In this document: positions 27,372 to 38,175 of the stretch, piece after piece
How the letters are laid out: each line of letters starts with the position of its first letter
How positions within the stretch are numbered: the first letter of the stretch is position 1
Assembly: GCA_046290465.1 (NCBI GenBank)
Contig: JBKAGP010000001.1
Coordinates: forward strand, 320,001-384,000
Source: Planctomycetota bacterium
GTDB taxonomy: Bacteria; Planctomycetota; UBA1135; UBA2386
Length of the DNA stretch: 64,000 nt
Reading direction: 5' to 3'
Position numbers and translations under genes: made by a program
Notes under the pieces: generated by a model
Told to the model about the DNA's origin: nothing
Database searches by the model: none
The model's input: the letters and a program-made list of their open reading frames with translations, nothing else

Positions 27372-29768
27372 ATGCTGCATACCGACTGGCTGCGTCGTTC
27401 GTTCGTCCCGCTCGCGCTCACCGCGCTGCTGTCCGCGCAGGATGCGGCGGGCTGGCTCGACCCCGGCTCGACGATCACCGAGCTGGTGACCGCGCCGCCG
27501 GAGCCGTCGGCGTCGCTGTCGCCGCAGGGATCGTTGCTGGTGATGCGCACGCGCGAGGCGCTGCCCGATCTCGCGGTGGTCGCCCGGCCGCACCTGAAGC
27601 TCGCCGGCATGCGCATCGACGGCGAGACGTTCGGCCGGCAGCTGAGCACGCGCACGACGTCGATCACGGTGCGCAAGCTGCCCGGCGGCGACGAGTATCG
27701 GGTGCCGGTCGACGCCGACCACTGGAGCGCGCCGATCTGGACCGCCGACGATCGGGCGTTCGCGCTGGTGCGGGCGAGCGAGGGCGGCGGCGAGCTGTGG
27801 ATCTGCGATCCGTGGGACGCACCGCCGCGAAAGGTCGAAGGCGTGCGCCTCAACCAGGTGATGGGGGGCGCGGTGCGCTGGATGCCGGACCAGCGGCGGC
27901 TGCTGGTGCGCATGGTCGTGCCGGGCGAGCGCCCCGAGCGGCCGCGCGTGCCGGCCGGGCCGATCGTGCAGCAGACCGTTCGCAACCAGAACGCGCAGGT
28001 GCGCACCTACCAGGACCTGCTGCAGGACGGACACGACGAGGACCTGCTCGAGTTCTACGGCCACAGCCAGCTGGCGATCGTCGACGGCGAACGGATCACC
28101 AAGGTCGGCGCGCCGCGCATCTACTCGCGGGTCACGCCGTCGCCGGACGGCACGCTGCTGCTGGTCGAAGCGGTCGAACGGCCGTTCTCGTTCGTGGTGC
28201 CGATCTACCGGTTTCCGCGGCGGACCGAGGTGCTCGATCTCGACGGCAAGGTGCTGCGCGAGGTCGGCCGGGATCGGCTCAACGACGCCATCCCGATCGG
28301 CGGCGTCAAGCGCGGCCCGCGCAACATCGGTTGGGTCGCGACGGCGCAGCACGCGCTGTACTGGTTCGAGGCCCAGGACGACGGCGATCCGCAGCGCGAC
28401 GTGCCGCAGCGCGATTTCGCGTTCTTGCTGCTCGAGCCCGCCGGCACGCCGCGGCTGTGGTTCCGCACCGAGTTCCGCGCGGCCGGCGTGCAGTTCGCCG
28501 CCGACGGCCAGCTGGTGCTGACCGGCGAGGTCGATCGCAAGAGCCGCACCGAACGGATCTGGAAGCGCGACCTGACCCGTCCGACCGCGGCCGGCACGCT
28601 GCTCTACGAACGCTCGACCCAGGACGTCTACAACGACCCGGGCATGGCGTTGTCGGAGCTGACGCTCGACGGCCGGCGGGTGCTGCGGCAGCCCGGTGGC
28701 CGGCTGCTGATGAGCGGCGCCGGCGCGTCCCCGCAGGGCAACCGGCCGTTCCTCGAGACCTGGGACCTGCAGAGCGGCGACAAGCAGCGCCTGTTCGAGT
28801 CCGGTGGCGAGAGCTACCAGGAGGTGCTCGGCCTCGTCCACGGCAGCGTCGACGAGTTGCTGGTGCGCACCCAGAGTCCGAGCGCGCCGCCGCAGCTGGT
28901 CTACGTCGATCGCGGCCGCGGTCGCCGCGTCGTGCTGCACACGGCGACCGATCCGGCGGCGAAGTTCACCGCGAAGATCCAGAAGCGGCTGGTGCACTAC
29001 CAGCGGGAGGACGGCGTGCCGATGAACGGCACGCTCTACCTGCCGCCCGGCTACCAGGACGGCGATCGGCTGCCGTGCCTGCTGTGGGCGTATCCTCGGG
29101 AATACACCAAGGCCAGCGACGCCGGTCAGGTGCGCGCGACGCCGAACCGCTACCTGCGCATGCGCGGCAGCTCGCACCTGTTCATGCTGCTGAAGGGCTA
29201 CGCGGTGTTCGACAACGCGTCGATGCCGATCGTCGGTCCGCGCCGCAGCGCCAACGACACGTTCGTGGAGCAGGTGCGCATGAACGCGCGGGCGGCGATC
29301 CAGGCGCTCACCGACCAGGGCTGCATCGACACCGACAAGGTCGCGGTCGCCGGCCACAGCTACGGCGCGTTCATGACCGCCAACCTGCTGGCGCACAGCG
29401 ACCTGTTCTGCTGCGGCATCGCGCGCTCGGGCGCCTACAACCGTTCGCTGACGCCGTTCGGGTTCCAGAACGAGGAGCGCACGTTCTGGGAGGCACCGGA
29501 GATCTACTTCGCGATGTCGCCGTTCATGCACGCGCACAAGATCAACGAGCCGATCCTGCTGATCCACGGCCAGGACGACAACAACTCCGGCACGTTCCCG
29601 ATCCAGAGCCAGCGCCTGTTCGGCGCGCTGAAGGGGCACGGCGCGACCGCGCGCCTGTGCTTCCTGCCGTTCGAGTCGCACGGCTACCGCGGCCGGCAGT
29701 CGGTGTTGCACTGCCTGGCCGAGATGGCCAACTGGCTCGACCGGCACTGCAAGGGGGAGCGCCGGTAG
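27372..29768 (+). CDS. S9-family (prolyl oligopeptidase-like) serine peptidase
   Basis: GHSYG nucleophile; ARSGAYNRSLTPFGFQ; HG..D.N.GT; PFESHGY. Confidence 0.92.
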   Translation: MLHTDWLRRSFVPLALTALLSAQDAAGWLDPGSTITELVTAPPEPSASLSPQGSLLVMRTREALPDLAVVARPHLKLAGMRIDGETFGRQLSTRTTSITVRKLPGGDEYRVPVDADHWSAPIWTADDRAFALVRASEGGGELWICDPWDAPPRKVEGVRLNQVMGGAVRWMPDQRRLLVRMVVPGERPERPRVPAGPIVQQTVRNQNAQVRTYQDLLQDGHDEDLLEFYGHSQLAIVDGERITKVGAPRIYSRVTPSPDGTLLLVEAVERPFSFVVPIYRFPRRTEVLDLDGKVLREVGRDRLNDAIPIGGVKRGPRNIGWVATAQHALYWFEAQDDGDPQRDVPQRDFAFLLLEPAGTPRLWFRTEFRAAGVQFAADGQLVLTGEVDRKSRTERIWKRDLTRPTAAGTLLYERSTQDVYNDPGMALSELTLDGRRVLRQPGGRLLMSGAGASPQGNRPFLETWDLQSGDKQRLFESGGESYQEVLGLVHGSVDELLVRTQSPSAPPQLVYVDRGRGRRVVLHTATDPAAKFTAKIQKRLVHYQREDGVPMNGTLYLPPGYQDGDRLPCLLWAYPREYTKASDAGQVRATPNRYLRMRGSSHLFMLLKGYAVFDNASMPIVGPRRSANDTFVEQVRMNARAAIQALTDQGCIDTDKVAVAGHSYGAFMTANLLAHSDLFCCGIARSGAYNRSLTPFGFQNEERTFWEAPEIYFAMSPFMHAHKINEPILLIHGQDDNNSGTFPIQSQRLFGALKGHGATARLCFLPFESHGYRGRQSVLHCLAEMANWLDRHCKGERR

Positions 29769-29777
29769 CGGCCGGCG

Positions 29778-31124
29778 CTAGACCTCGGTCAGCTCGAAGC
29801 CGCGCCGGTACTGCTTCGACACCAGCGAGTCGGCGTACTCGTCGTTGGTGACGCGCAGGTTGGCGGCGTCCCACTCGATGCGCTTGCCGCAGCGCAGCGC
29901 CAGGTTGCCGAGCAGGATCGACTCGGTGAACGGCGCCGCATACTCGAAGTTGGCCAGCGGCTGCTTGCCGGCCAGGATGCCGTCGAGCCATTCCTGGTGC
30001 ACGCCGGGCGAACGCGGCAGCGTCTGCGGCGGCGGCGTGAAGCCCTCGAACTTCTCCTTCGGGTAGAGGTCGAAGCGCTCGCCGTAGTCGGTCGGCGAGT
30101 AGAGCTTGCCCTCGTCGCCGACCAGCAGGAAGCCGCCGGCGCGCAGCTTGACGCCGGGCAGCAGTTCCTGCGGCGGCAGCTTGCCGCCGTCGTACCAGGT
30201 CAGGCGGACCTCGTCGCGGTCGCCCTTCTTCGGGAACAGGAAGCGGATCGTCGAGCTCTTCGGTGGGCTGTAGTCGGTCGCGCCCTCGCTCTCGGCCTCG
30301 ACCCAGGTCGGGTCGCCGAGGCCGAGCGCCAGGAACGGCATGTTGGCGACGTGGCACGCCATGTCGCCGAGCGCGCCGGTGCCGAAGTCCCAGAAGCCGC
30401 GCCAGTTGAATGGCGCGTAGCCGTTGAACGGCGTGTCCTTGCGGCCCTTGGCGTAGCTGCGCCAGGCGGCCGGGCCGAGCCAGAGGTCCCACCGGAACGA
30501 GGCCGGGATCGGGTCGATGTGGCTCGGCTTCTCGATGCCCTGCGGCCAGATCGGCCGGTTGGTCCAGACGTGCACCTCGCGCACCGTGCCGATCGCGCCG
30601 GCGCGCACGCACTCGACCGCGGTGCGCAGGCCGTCGAGGCAGGTGCCCTGGTTGCCCATCGACGTGATCACGCCGGTCTTGCGGGCCGCGTCGCGCAGCA
30701 GGCGCGCCTCGGCGACGGTGTGCGTCAACGGCTTCTGCACGAACACGTGGATGCCCTTGTGCATCGCCATCAGGGCCGGGCCGGCGTGGGTATGGTCCGG
30801 CGTGCTGACGGTGATCGCGTCGAGCTGCTCCTTCTCGATCATGTCGCGCCAGTCGTAGTGGAACGCCGCCTTCGGGTGCTCCGCCCGCGCGTTCTTGGCC
30901 TTGCCGTCGTCGACGTCGCACAGCGCCACGATGTCGTGCGTCTTGGCGCACGCGCGCATGTCGCTGAGGCCCTTGCCGCCACAGCCGACGACGCCGATGC
31001 GCAGGCGTTCGTTGGGCGAGCGGGCCTTGACGGGCATGCGGACGGGCTCGGCCGCACCGAGTGCTGCGGCACCACCGACCGCAGCTCCGGTGATCAGGAA
31101 GTCACGACGAGACGAATATGGCAT
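29778..31124 (-). CDS. Tat-exported Gfo/Idh/MocA family oxidoreductase
   Basis: SRRDFL; GVVGCGGKG; STPDHTH; VQKPL; GTGALGDMACH. Confidence 0.92.
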   Translation of the reverse strand: MPYSSRRDFLITGAAVGGAAALGAAEPVRMPVKARSPNERLRIGVVGCGGKGLSDMRACAKTHDIVALCDVDDGKAKNARAEHPKAAFHYDWRDMIEKEQLDAITVSTPDHTHAGPALMAMHKGIHVFVQKPLTHTVAEARLLRDAARKTGVITSMGNQGTCLDGLRTAVECVRAGAIGTVREVHVWTNRPIWPQGIEKPSHIDPIPASFRWDLWLGPAAWRSYAKGRKDTPFNGYAPFNWRGFWDFGTGALGDMACHVANMPFLALGLGDPTWVEAESEGATDYSPPKSSTIRFLFPKKGDRDEVRLTWYDGGKLPPQELLPGVKLRAGGFLLVGDEGKLYSPTDYGERFDLYPKEKFEGFTPPPQTLPRSPGVHQEWLDGILAGKQPLANFEYAAPFTESILLGNLALRCGKRIEWDAANLRVTNDEYADSLVSKQYRRGFELTEV

Positions 31125-31223
31125 GCGCGAACGATAGCTGTTCGCGCACGCCGTTCACGCCGTTGGTGAACGTGTGACAAATCCTGCGCTGCCGCTGGCG
31201 CCGGCCGACCGGGGGCCCCGCAT

Positions 31224-32693
31224 CTACTTGGGTTCCCGGCCGTGCTCGATCAGCTTCCAGCGCTCGCCGTAGACGAACTCGGGCGACTGCTCGTAGTCGT
31301 GGCACTGGGTGCACATGACCGACGGCAGCGCGCCGCCGAGGATGCCGAGCTTCTTGGTGCCGCCGGACGCGACGTGGTCGAGGCCGGGGCCGTGGCAGCG
31401 CTCGCAGCCGACGTCGGTCAGGTGCGCGGTCTTCTCGGCGCTGACGAAGCCGCTCTTCTCGCCGTAGCCGACGACGTGGCAGCTGACGCAGTCCGGGTAC
31501 TTGGTGACCGGCCAGCCGTAGCGCTTGGGATCCTTCTCGGCGTCGACCAGCGTCTGCCATGCATGCGCGTGCTTGCTGTTCTGCCACGCCTTCATGGCGC
31601 TCGGGTGGCAGCCGCCGCACTGCGCGCTGCCGACGTAGCTCGAACCGTTGGGCGTCGCGCGCTGCTCGGCCATCTGCTCGAGCACGTTCTCACGCGCGAC
31701 GTCCTCGCGGTGGGTCAGCAGGAACGCCTTGACGTTGGGGTCGCCGCCGCCACCGGGAACGGTCTTGCTGCCGGCCAGCGGCACCAGCTCGCAGGCGACG
31801 CGCGAGGTCTCGCCGTCGCGCCACAGCCGCGCATCGAGCAGCACCCGGCCGCGGATGCCGGCGAACACCAGCGGCACCCCGCCGACGATCGCCGGCGAGC
31901 TGTCCGGCTCGATGAAGCCCTGGTCGACGCCGATCACCAGGTCGGGCTTCGGCTGCAGCTGCGGGATCAGCTTGCGGATGCCGTCGTCACGGCCGTGCAC
32001 CATCGCGATGCGCACCATCTTGGCATCGGTGCCCTCGAACGCCTTGGCCCAGGCCGGCGCCGGCTCGGTGCGCTGCACCTTGGCGTCCTCCCCGCGCAGG
32101 TTCTCGGGCAGCGGGTCGAGCAGCAGCGACGCGATCCGCACGTCGTGATCGCGCACCTTCTTGTCGCGGAACGGCGTCGCCGGCCAGCTCGGGTCGTCGC
32201 TGGTCAGGTTGGTCGCGATCGCCGGGCCGCCGAGCAGGAAGCCCGCGTATTCCTCGAGCGGCAGCGACAGATCGTTGGCGCCGACCCCGAGCGCGTCGTA
32301 GGTGTGCTCCATCGCGAACAGCACCTGCGACGCGGTCAGCAGCTTGAGCTTGTCGAGTTCGGACTTGCCCGCGACCAGGTCGCCGCCCTCGATCAGCAGG
32401 TCGTAGTTGCGCTGCTCGCCGATGTGCTGCACCCGGCGCGCGAGGCCGCCGAGCTGGCCGCTGGCGCAGCCGCACGGCTCCAGGCGACCGAGCATCGAAC
32501 CGCTGATCAGGATGCGCAGCGCGTCGGGTGGTGGCAGCACCGGGTCCTGCGGATCCTGCGACGTCGTCTTGTTGCGGTCGTTGCTGCCGAGGCGTTCGCG
32601 ACCGGGGTCCTCGCCGCATTGGGCGAACGTCGCCACGACGGTGGCCAGACCGAGGGCGAGGCACAGGCCGCGCAGGAGGAGGGAGTTGCTCAT
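31224..32693 (-). CDS. UshA-like CGC-motif domain fused to a tetraheme c-type cytochrome (c554-like)
   Basis: GRLEPCGC...GGLARR N-domain; four CxxCH motifs (CGGCH, CVSCH, CERCH, CTQCH); N-terminal signal. Confidence 0.85.
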   Translation of the reverse strand: MSNSLLLRGLCLALGLATVVATFAQCGEDPGRERLGSNDRNKTTSQDPQDPVLPPPDALRILISGSMLGRLEPCGCASGQLGGLARRVQHIGEQRNYDLLIEGGDLVAGKSELDKLKLLTASQVLFAMEHTYDALGVGANDLSLPLEEYAGFLLGGPAIATNLTSDDPSWPATPFRDKKVRDHDVRIASLLLDPLPENLRGEDAKVQRTEPAPAWAKAFEGTDAKMVRIAMVHGRDDGIRKLIPQLQPKPDLVIGVDQGFIEPDSSPAIVGGVPLVFAGIRGRVLLDARLWRDGETSRVACELVPLAGSKTVPGGGGDPNVKAFLLTHREDVARENVLEQMAEQRATPNGSSYVGSAQCGGCHPSAMKAWQNSKHAHAWQTLVDAEKDPKRYGWPVTKYPDCVSCHVVGYGEKSGFVSAEKTAHLTDVGCERCHGPGLDHVASGGTKKLGILGGALPSVMCTQCHDYEQSPEFVYGERWKLIEHGREPK

Positions 32694-33886
32694 GGATGCT
32701 TCGTGGGGAAGACGACGAGGTCGATCGGCAGGCGCGGCGCGCCGACGACGGTGGTCTCGCCGGGCTTGCCCAGCACGATCTTGCCCCGGAACATCGCTTC
32801 GAGTCCACCCAGATAGCGGACCTCGAGCCGCTGCTTGCGGCCGGCGGTCGGCACCGGGCTGAGCTCGACGGCGAAGTGGGACGACGCGTCGCTGCCGTCG
32901 TCCGCGACGACCTCGACGACCTCGAACTCCGGAGTGCGCTGGGTCGCGTGGTCGGTCACCAGCACGAACTGGCGCAGCATCGCGCCTTCGTCCTGCGGCT
33001 GCCGCAGGTCGGTCGTGAACGTGATCTTGTTCATCGGCGTCGCCTCCAGGTCGGGCACGACCTTCCAGGTCGCGACCAGGCCGACCTGGTAGTCAGGATC
33101 CGACGTCTTCACCGCCACCGCGGTGCGATGGTTGCCCAACTGGTTGGGCACGACGCGGGCGCGCAGCTGGGTGTAGCCGTCCTTCGGCTCCAGCGTGACC
33201 TGCAGGTCGCCGTCGAGGGAGCGCGCCTCGAGGAACTGCAGGTCGCGGTGGTTCTCGTCGCCACGCAGGGTCGTCAGCAGTTCGCCGGTCGACGACTGCG
33301 CGATCGCGCCGAAGTCGAGCGCCGCGAATGGCCGCAGTTCGACCGGCGCGTCGATGCCGAACCGGATCACGAACGGCACGCGGATCCGGCCCATGCCGTT
33401 GGGATCCTCGACCTGCTGCAGCAGGATGTAGCCGCGACTGGCGGTCTTCGGCAGGTCGACCGCCTCCTTCTTGCGCGTGTCGAGTTCGATGTGCAGGAAC
33501 GCCGTCTCGCCCTGCGCCGGCAGGTTGCGCGGGAACGCGGTGCCGTCGAGGAAGCGCTCGTCGCCGGCCTCGTTGCGGTAGCGCAGGTCGGCGCGCCCGC
33601 ACGAGCACTCGAGGTGCACGCGCAGCGGCACGAACGGCTGGCCGAGCTTGGCCAGGTCGACCACCAGCTCGTGGGTGCGCTGGGCGCCGTGCGGCAGCAC
33701 GCCGAAGTCGTGTTCGAGCTTCAGCCCGAGCTTGTCGGTCTGGGGCACGAGTCCCGGTCGGGCGCCGCCGGAGGTGGGGGAGCCGGCCTGCGCTTTCGAC
33801 GCTTCGCCGTTCGTGCTCGCAGGGCTGCCGCCCTTCTCGCAGCACGTCAGCACCAGCAGGGCGAGGAGACTCAGCAGGGGTCGCAT
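32690..33886 (-). CDS. Lipoprotein with DUF1573-like Ig-fold domains
   Basis: MRPLLSLLALLVLTC; two DFG motifs (HDFGVL, LDFGAI); CSC motif; stop overlaps the cytochrome ATG. Confidence 0.65.
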   Translation of the reverse strand: MRPLLSLLALLVLTCCEKGGSPASTNGEASKAQAGSPTSGGARPGLVPQTDKLGLKLEHDFGVLPHGAQRTHELVVDLAKLGQPFVPLRVHLECSCGRADLRYRNEAGDERFLDGTAFPRNLPAQGETAFLHIELDTRKKEAVDLPKTASRGYILLQQVEDPNGMGRIRVPFVIRFGIDAPVELRPFAALDFGAIAQSSTGELLTTLRGDENHRDLQFLEARSLDGDLQVTLEPKDGYTQLRARVVPNQLGNHRTAVAVKTSDPDYQVGLVATWKVVPDLEATPMNKITFTTDLRQPQDEGAMLRQFVLVTDHATQRTPEFEVVEVVADDGSDASSHFAVELSPVPTAGRKQRLEVRYLGGLEAMFRGKIVLGKPGETTVVGAPRLPIDLVVFPTKHP

Positions 33887-34021
33887 ACGGACCCCATAGT
33901 AGGCCACCGGCCGCGCGCAACGCCCCATGGAGAACGGAACCTCGGCCGGTACATGCCCGCGGCCGCTGCCCAAGGTGAAGGGAGCGGCCGCGAGGGTTGC
34001 CGGAATGTCCATCCGACAGGG

Positions 34022-34037
34022 AGCAAGCGAGGTGCCA
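34022..34037 (-). promoter_or_regulatory. Sigma54 (-24/-12) promoter
   Basis: Minus strand TGGCAC-CTCGC-TTGCT matches consensus TGGCAC-N5-TTGCW; intergenic, next to a sigma54 activator gene. Confidence 0.8.
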
Positions 34038-34150
34038 GGTGCGCTCTCGGTTCGAATCGCCGATGGCATGGGAGTTGGTCGCGGCGTCGGCCGTCCGCGG
34101 CCCTGTGGCGTTGGCGCCCGCACCATGGCAGGCGCGCCATAGGCCGGGGC

Positions 34151-35526
<1,376 letters not shown>

Positions 35527-35548
<22 letters not shown>

Positions 35549-36744
35549 ACCCCCTCATCGGCCGTCGCCGGCGCCGTCGGCAAGCGGTTCGCGACCGGCA
35601 GCCACAGCAGCGCGCGCGCGCCGCCGCGGGCGCGCGGGTAGAGCCGCAGTTCGCCGCCGAGCTCGCGCGCGATCCGGCGGCAGCTGGTCAGGCCGAGGCC
35701 GGTGCCGGTGTCCTTGGTGGTGAAGAACGGCCGGAACAGGCTGCCGCGCACCTCGGGCGGCAGGCCGGCGCCACGGTCCTCGATGGTCAGCACCGCGTGT
35801 TCGCGGAAGCTGCGCACGTCGAGCTGCACCTCGCTGCCGCGCGGCGACGCCTGGATCGCGTTGAGCACCAGGTTCATCAGCGCCTGCGCCAGCAGCGTGC
35901 GGTCGGCGCGCACGGTCGCGGTCCGATGGCGGGGCAGCGAGATCACGATGCCGCGACGGCGGGCCTCGACCCGCAGCAGTTCGACGACCTCGTCGAGCGC
36001 ACGGCGCGCGTCGGTGTCCTCGGGTTCGGTGCGCTTGGGCCGCGCCAGGTCGATCAGGCTCTCGATCGTCTGGTCGGCCTTGTCGATGTTGCGGCGGATC
36101 ACGTCGGTGTGCTCGGCGACCTCCGCCGGCGTGCGCGGCTTGCGACAGAGCGACTCGGCGGTGCCCTTGACGACGGTCAGCGGGTTGCGCAGGTCGTGTG
36201 CGATCGACGCCGCCAGCTCGCCGAGCATGCCCAGGCGGTCGGCGTCGACCAGCCGCTGCTCGAGTTCGCTGCGTTCGGTCGCGGCGCGCTGCAGTTCGCC
36301 CTCCTGGCGCGCGGAGTGCTCGGCGAGCAGCTCGTGGCTGCGCACGACCTGCGGGATCCACAGCATCAGCCCGTACGAGATCAGCGTCGTGCCGAGCAGG
36401 AACCACGCGCCCCGTTCGCAGGTCGTGCGCAGGTAGACGAACGCGGCATACTCGCGTTCGAGGCTGCTGAGGTGGATCGCGCCGGCCAGCGTGTAGCCGA
36501 GCCACAACACGAAGAAGCCGCCGCAGACCAGCCGCATGGCGTTGCTGTGCAGCGCGACGCTGGCGCGGCTGGTGCGCCAGAAGAACCAGGTCAGCAGCGC
36601 GAAGTAGGCGGGCCGCGCGAACACCTCGAGCGCGGTCGGCGGGTCGGGCCACGCCAGCAGCACCGTCAGCAGCGTCAGCAGCGCGCAGCTGGTGCGCGCC
36701 CCCGGCAGGGTGTGCTTCAGGGCGCTGCGAACGGCCGGTTCCAT
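35527..36744 (-). CDS. Membrane sensor histidine kinase
   Basis: About 4 TM helices; AHDLRNPL H-box; NLVLNA; D.G.G; FFTTK..GTGLGL. Confidence 0.93.
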
Positions 36745-36784
36745 GCCCCTTCATCGGCACGGCAGGGGCCGGCTCCCAAGGCCG

Positions 36785-37960
36785 CTACTCGTCGTCCTCT
36801 TCGTCTTCCTCGGCGATGGCGACGTGGCCGCGGGCGCGCAGCTGCCGGGCGAACTGCTTGACGATCGGCGCCATGCGCGGACCCGGGCACTGCGTCGACT
36901 TGAAGTCGCTGTGGCAGAACAGCGCGTTGCCGCGCATCCGGTAGTGGTGCATCAGGTTGACGACCAGCCGTTCCATTGCACGGACCTGGTCGCGCGTCGG
37001 CCCCTGGCCGTCGCGCTGGCGCACGAAGTTGCCGAGCAGGCAGATGCCGATGTTGGCGATGTTGTTGCTGCCGCTGGCGTGCGCGCCCTGCCACTGCAGC
37101 TGGCGGCCCTCCCAGACCCGGCCGCTCGGGTCGATCAGGAAGTGGTAGCCGATGTCGCCGTAGCCGCGGTTGTTCATGTGCTCGCGCTGGATGCGCGCGA
37201 TCTGCGCGGCGGCCGCGCGCGGCGCGGTGCTGCGGAAGAACATCGCCGAGTGGTGGATGGTGACGCGACGCGGCCGCTGCATCGGGTCGAGGTTGCGCTG
37301 GTTCTCGCGCTGCGGCTGCCAGGCGCCGCGGCGCTGCACCGCGAGGTCGCCCCACGGCAACCCGGCCGCCTCACGCGGGGGCAGCACCGAGGGCAGCAGG
37401 CGTCGCTGCAGTTCGGGGTCCATCGCCAGCGCCTGGGCGCGCTTGCGGTCGTAGTTGCCGCGCTCGGGGTGGCCCTGGCGGCGGTAGGCCTCGGCGCGCA
37501 GGTAGCGCGCGAACGACTCGACGTGTGCCGACGGCTTGGGGTCGGTGTAGAGCACGCGCGCCGAGGTGTCGATCGACTCCTGGGCGCGGCCGAGCTGCAG
37601 TTCGAGCCAGGCACGTCGCAGCAGCGCCGGCGGCGTGTGGAAGTGGCTCAGGTACTCGAGCTCCTGCTCGGGCGGCAGCGCCGACGACGCGAACGTCACG
37701 GTGCCGGAGATGGTCGCGGGCGGCTCGAAGCGGGGCTGCGGCGGCGGGCCCGGGTTGACGCAGCCGGCCAGCAGGGTGGCCAGCGCCGCGCACAGCAGCA
37801 GCGCCGCACCCGGCCATCGCCACGATTTCGGACCCGAATCGGGACCGGAGCCGGGGCGTTGGCGGAAGGAATCGCGGTCGCCCTGAGCGGGCGTCGCGTA
37901 GGCGGGAGGCGGCCCCACGGGGAGCCGCCGCCGCTCCGTCTGGAAGCGTCGGTCGTGCAA
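36785..37960 (-). CDS. N-acetylmuramoyl-L-alanine amidase (Amidase_2/PGRP type) with lipobox-like segment
   Basis: TIHHS, DIGYHF.I...GRVWEGR, GAHA, IGICLLGNF, HSD...TQCPG; LAGC; start uncertain (TTG at 37960 after AGGAGG). Confidence 0.85.
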   Translation of the reverse strand: MHDRRFQTERRRLPVGPPPAYATPAQGDRDSFRQRPGSGPDSGPKSWRWPGAALLLCAALATLLAGCVNPGPPPQPRFEPPATISGTVTFASSALPPEQELEYLSHFHTPPALLRRAWLELQLGRAQESIDTSARVLYTDPKPSAHVESFARYLRAEAYRRQGHPERGNYDRKRAQALAMDPELQRRLLPSVLPPREAAGLPWGDLAVQRRGAWQPQRENQRNLDPMQRPRRVTIHHSAMFFRSTAPRAAAAQIARIQREHMNNRGYGDIGYHFLIDPSGRVWEGRQLQWQGAHASGSNNIANIGICLLGNFVRQRDGQGPTRDQVRAMERLVVNLMHHYRMRGNALFCHSDFKSTQCPGPRMAPIVKQFARQLRARGHVAIAEEDEEDDE

Positions 37961-38175
37961 TGCCAAGCCCTCCTGCGGACGATGGCACCGGAGCATCCGG
38001 ACCAGTCGCCGCCGCACGGCAGAGGGTATCGGCAGAGGCGGCGCGGCGCCACCGTTCGTTCTCCGGTGGAGGCGGACTTTCTGGCTACGCACTCCGAAAT
38101 CCGGAGTGACCCTCGGCGCCGCGATTCAGGTCCGGGGGCCGCGCGGTCGATAGCGGACCGTCAACGCAAACGCCC

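Noticed and set aside
31146..31176. gttcac-N7-gtgaac inverted repeat overlapping a cacgccgtt direct repeat between the cytochrome and oxidoreductase genes
   Set aside because: Short stem with no U tract; cannot distinguish terminator, operator or chance
32466..32478. Possible selenocysteine at the CGC motif of the UshA-like cytochrome
   Set aside because: Both positions are TGC Cys codons; there is no in-frame TGA
34044..34065. GGTTCGAATC resembling a tRNA T-loop
   Set aside because: Flanks do not pair into a T-stem, and no acceptor, D or anticodon arms can be built
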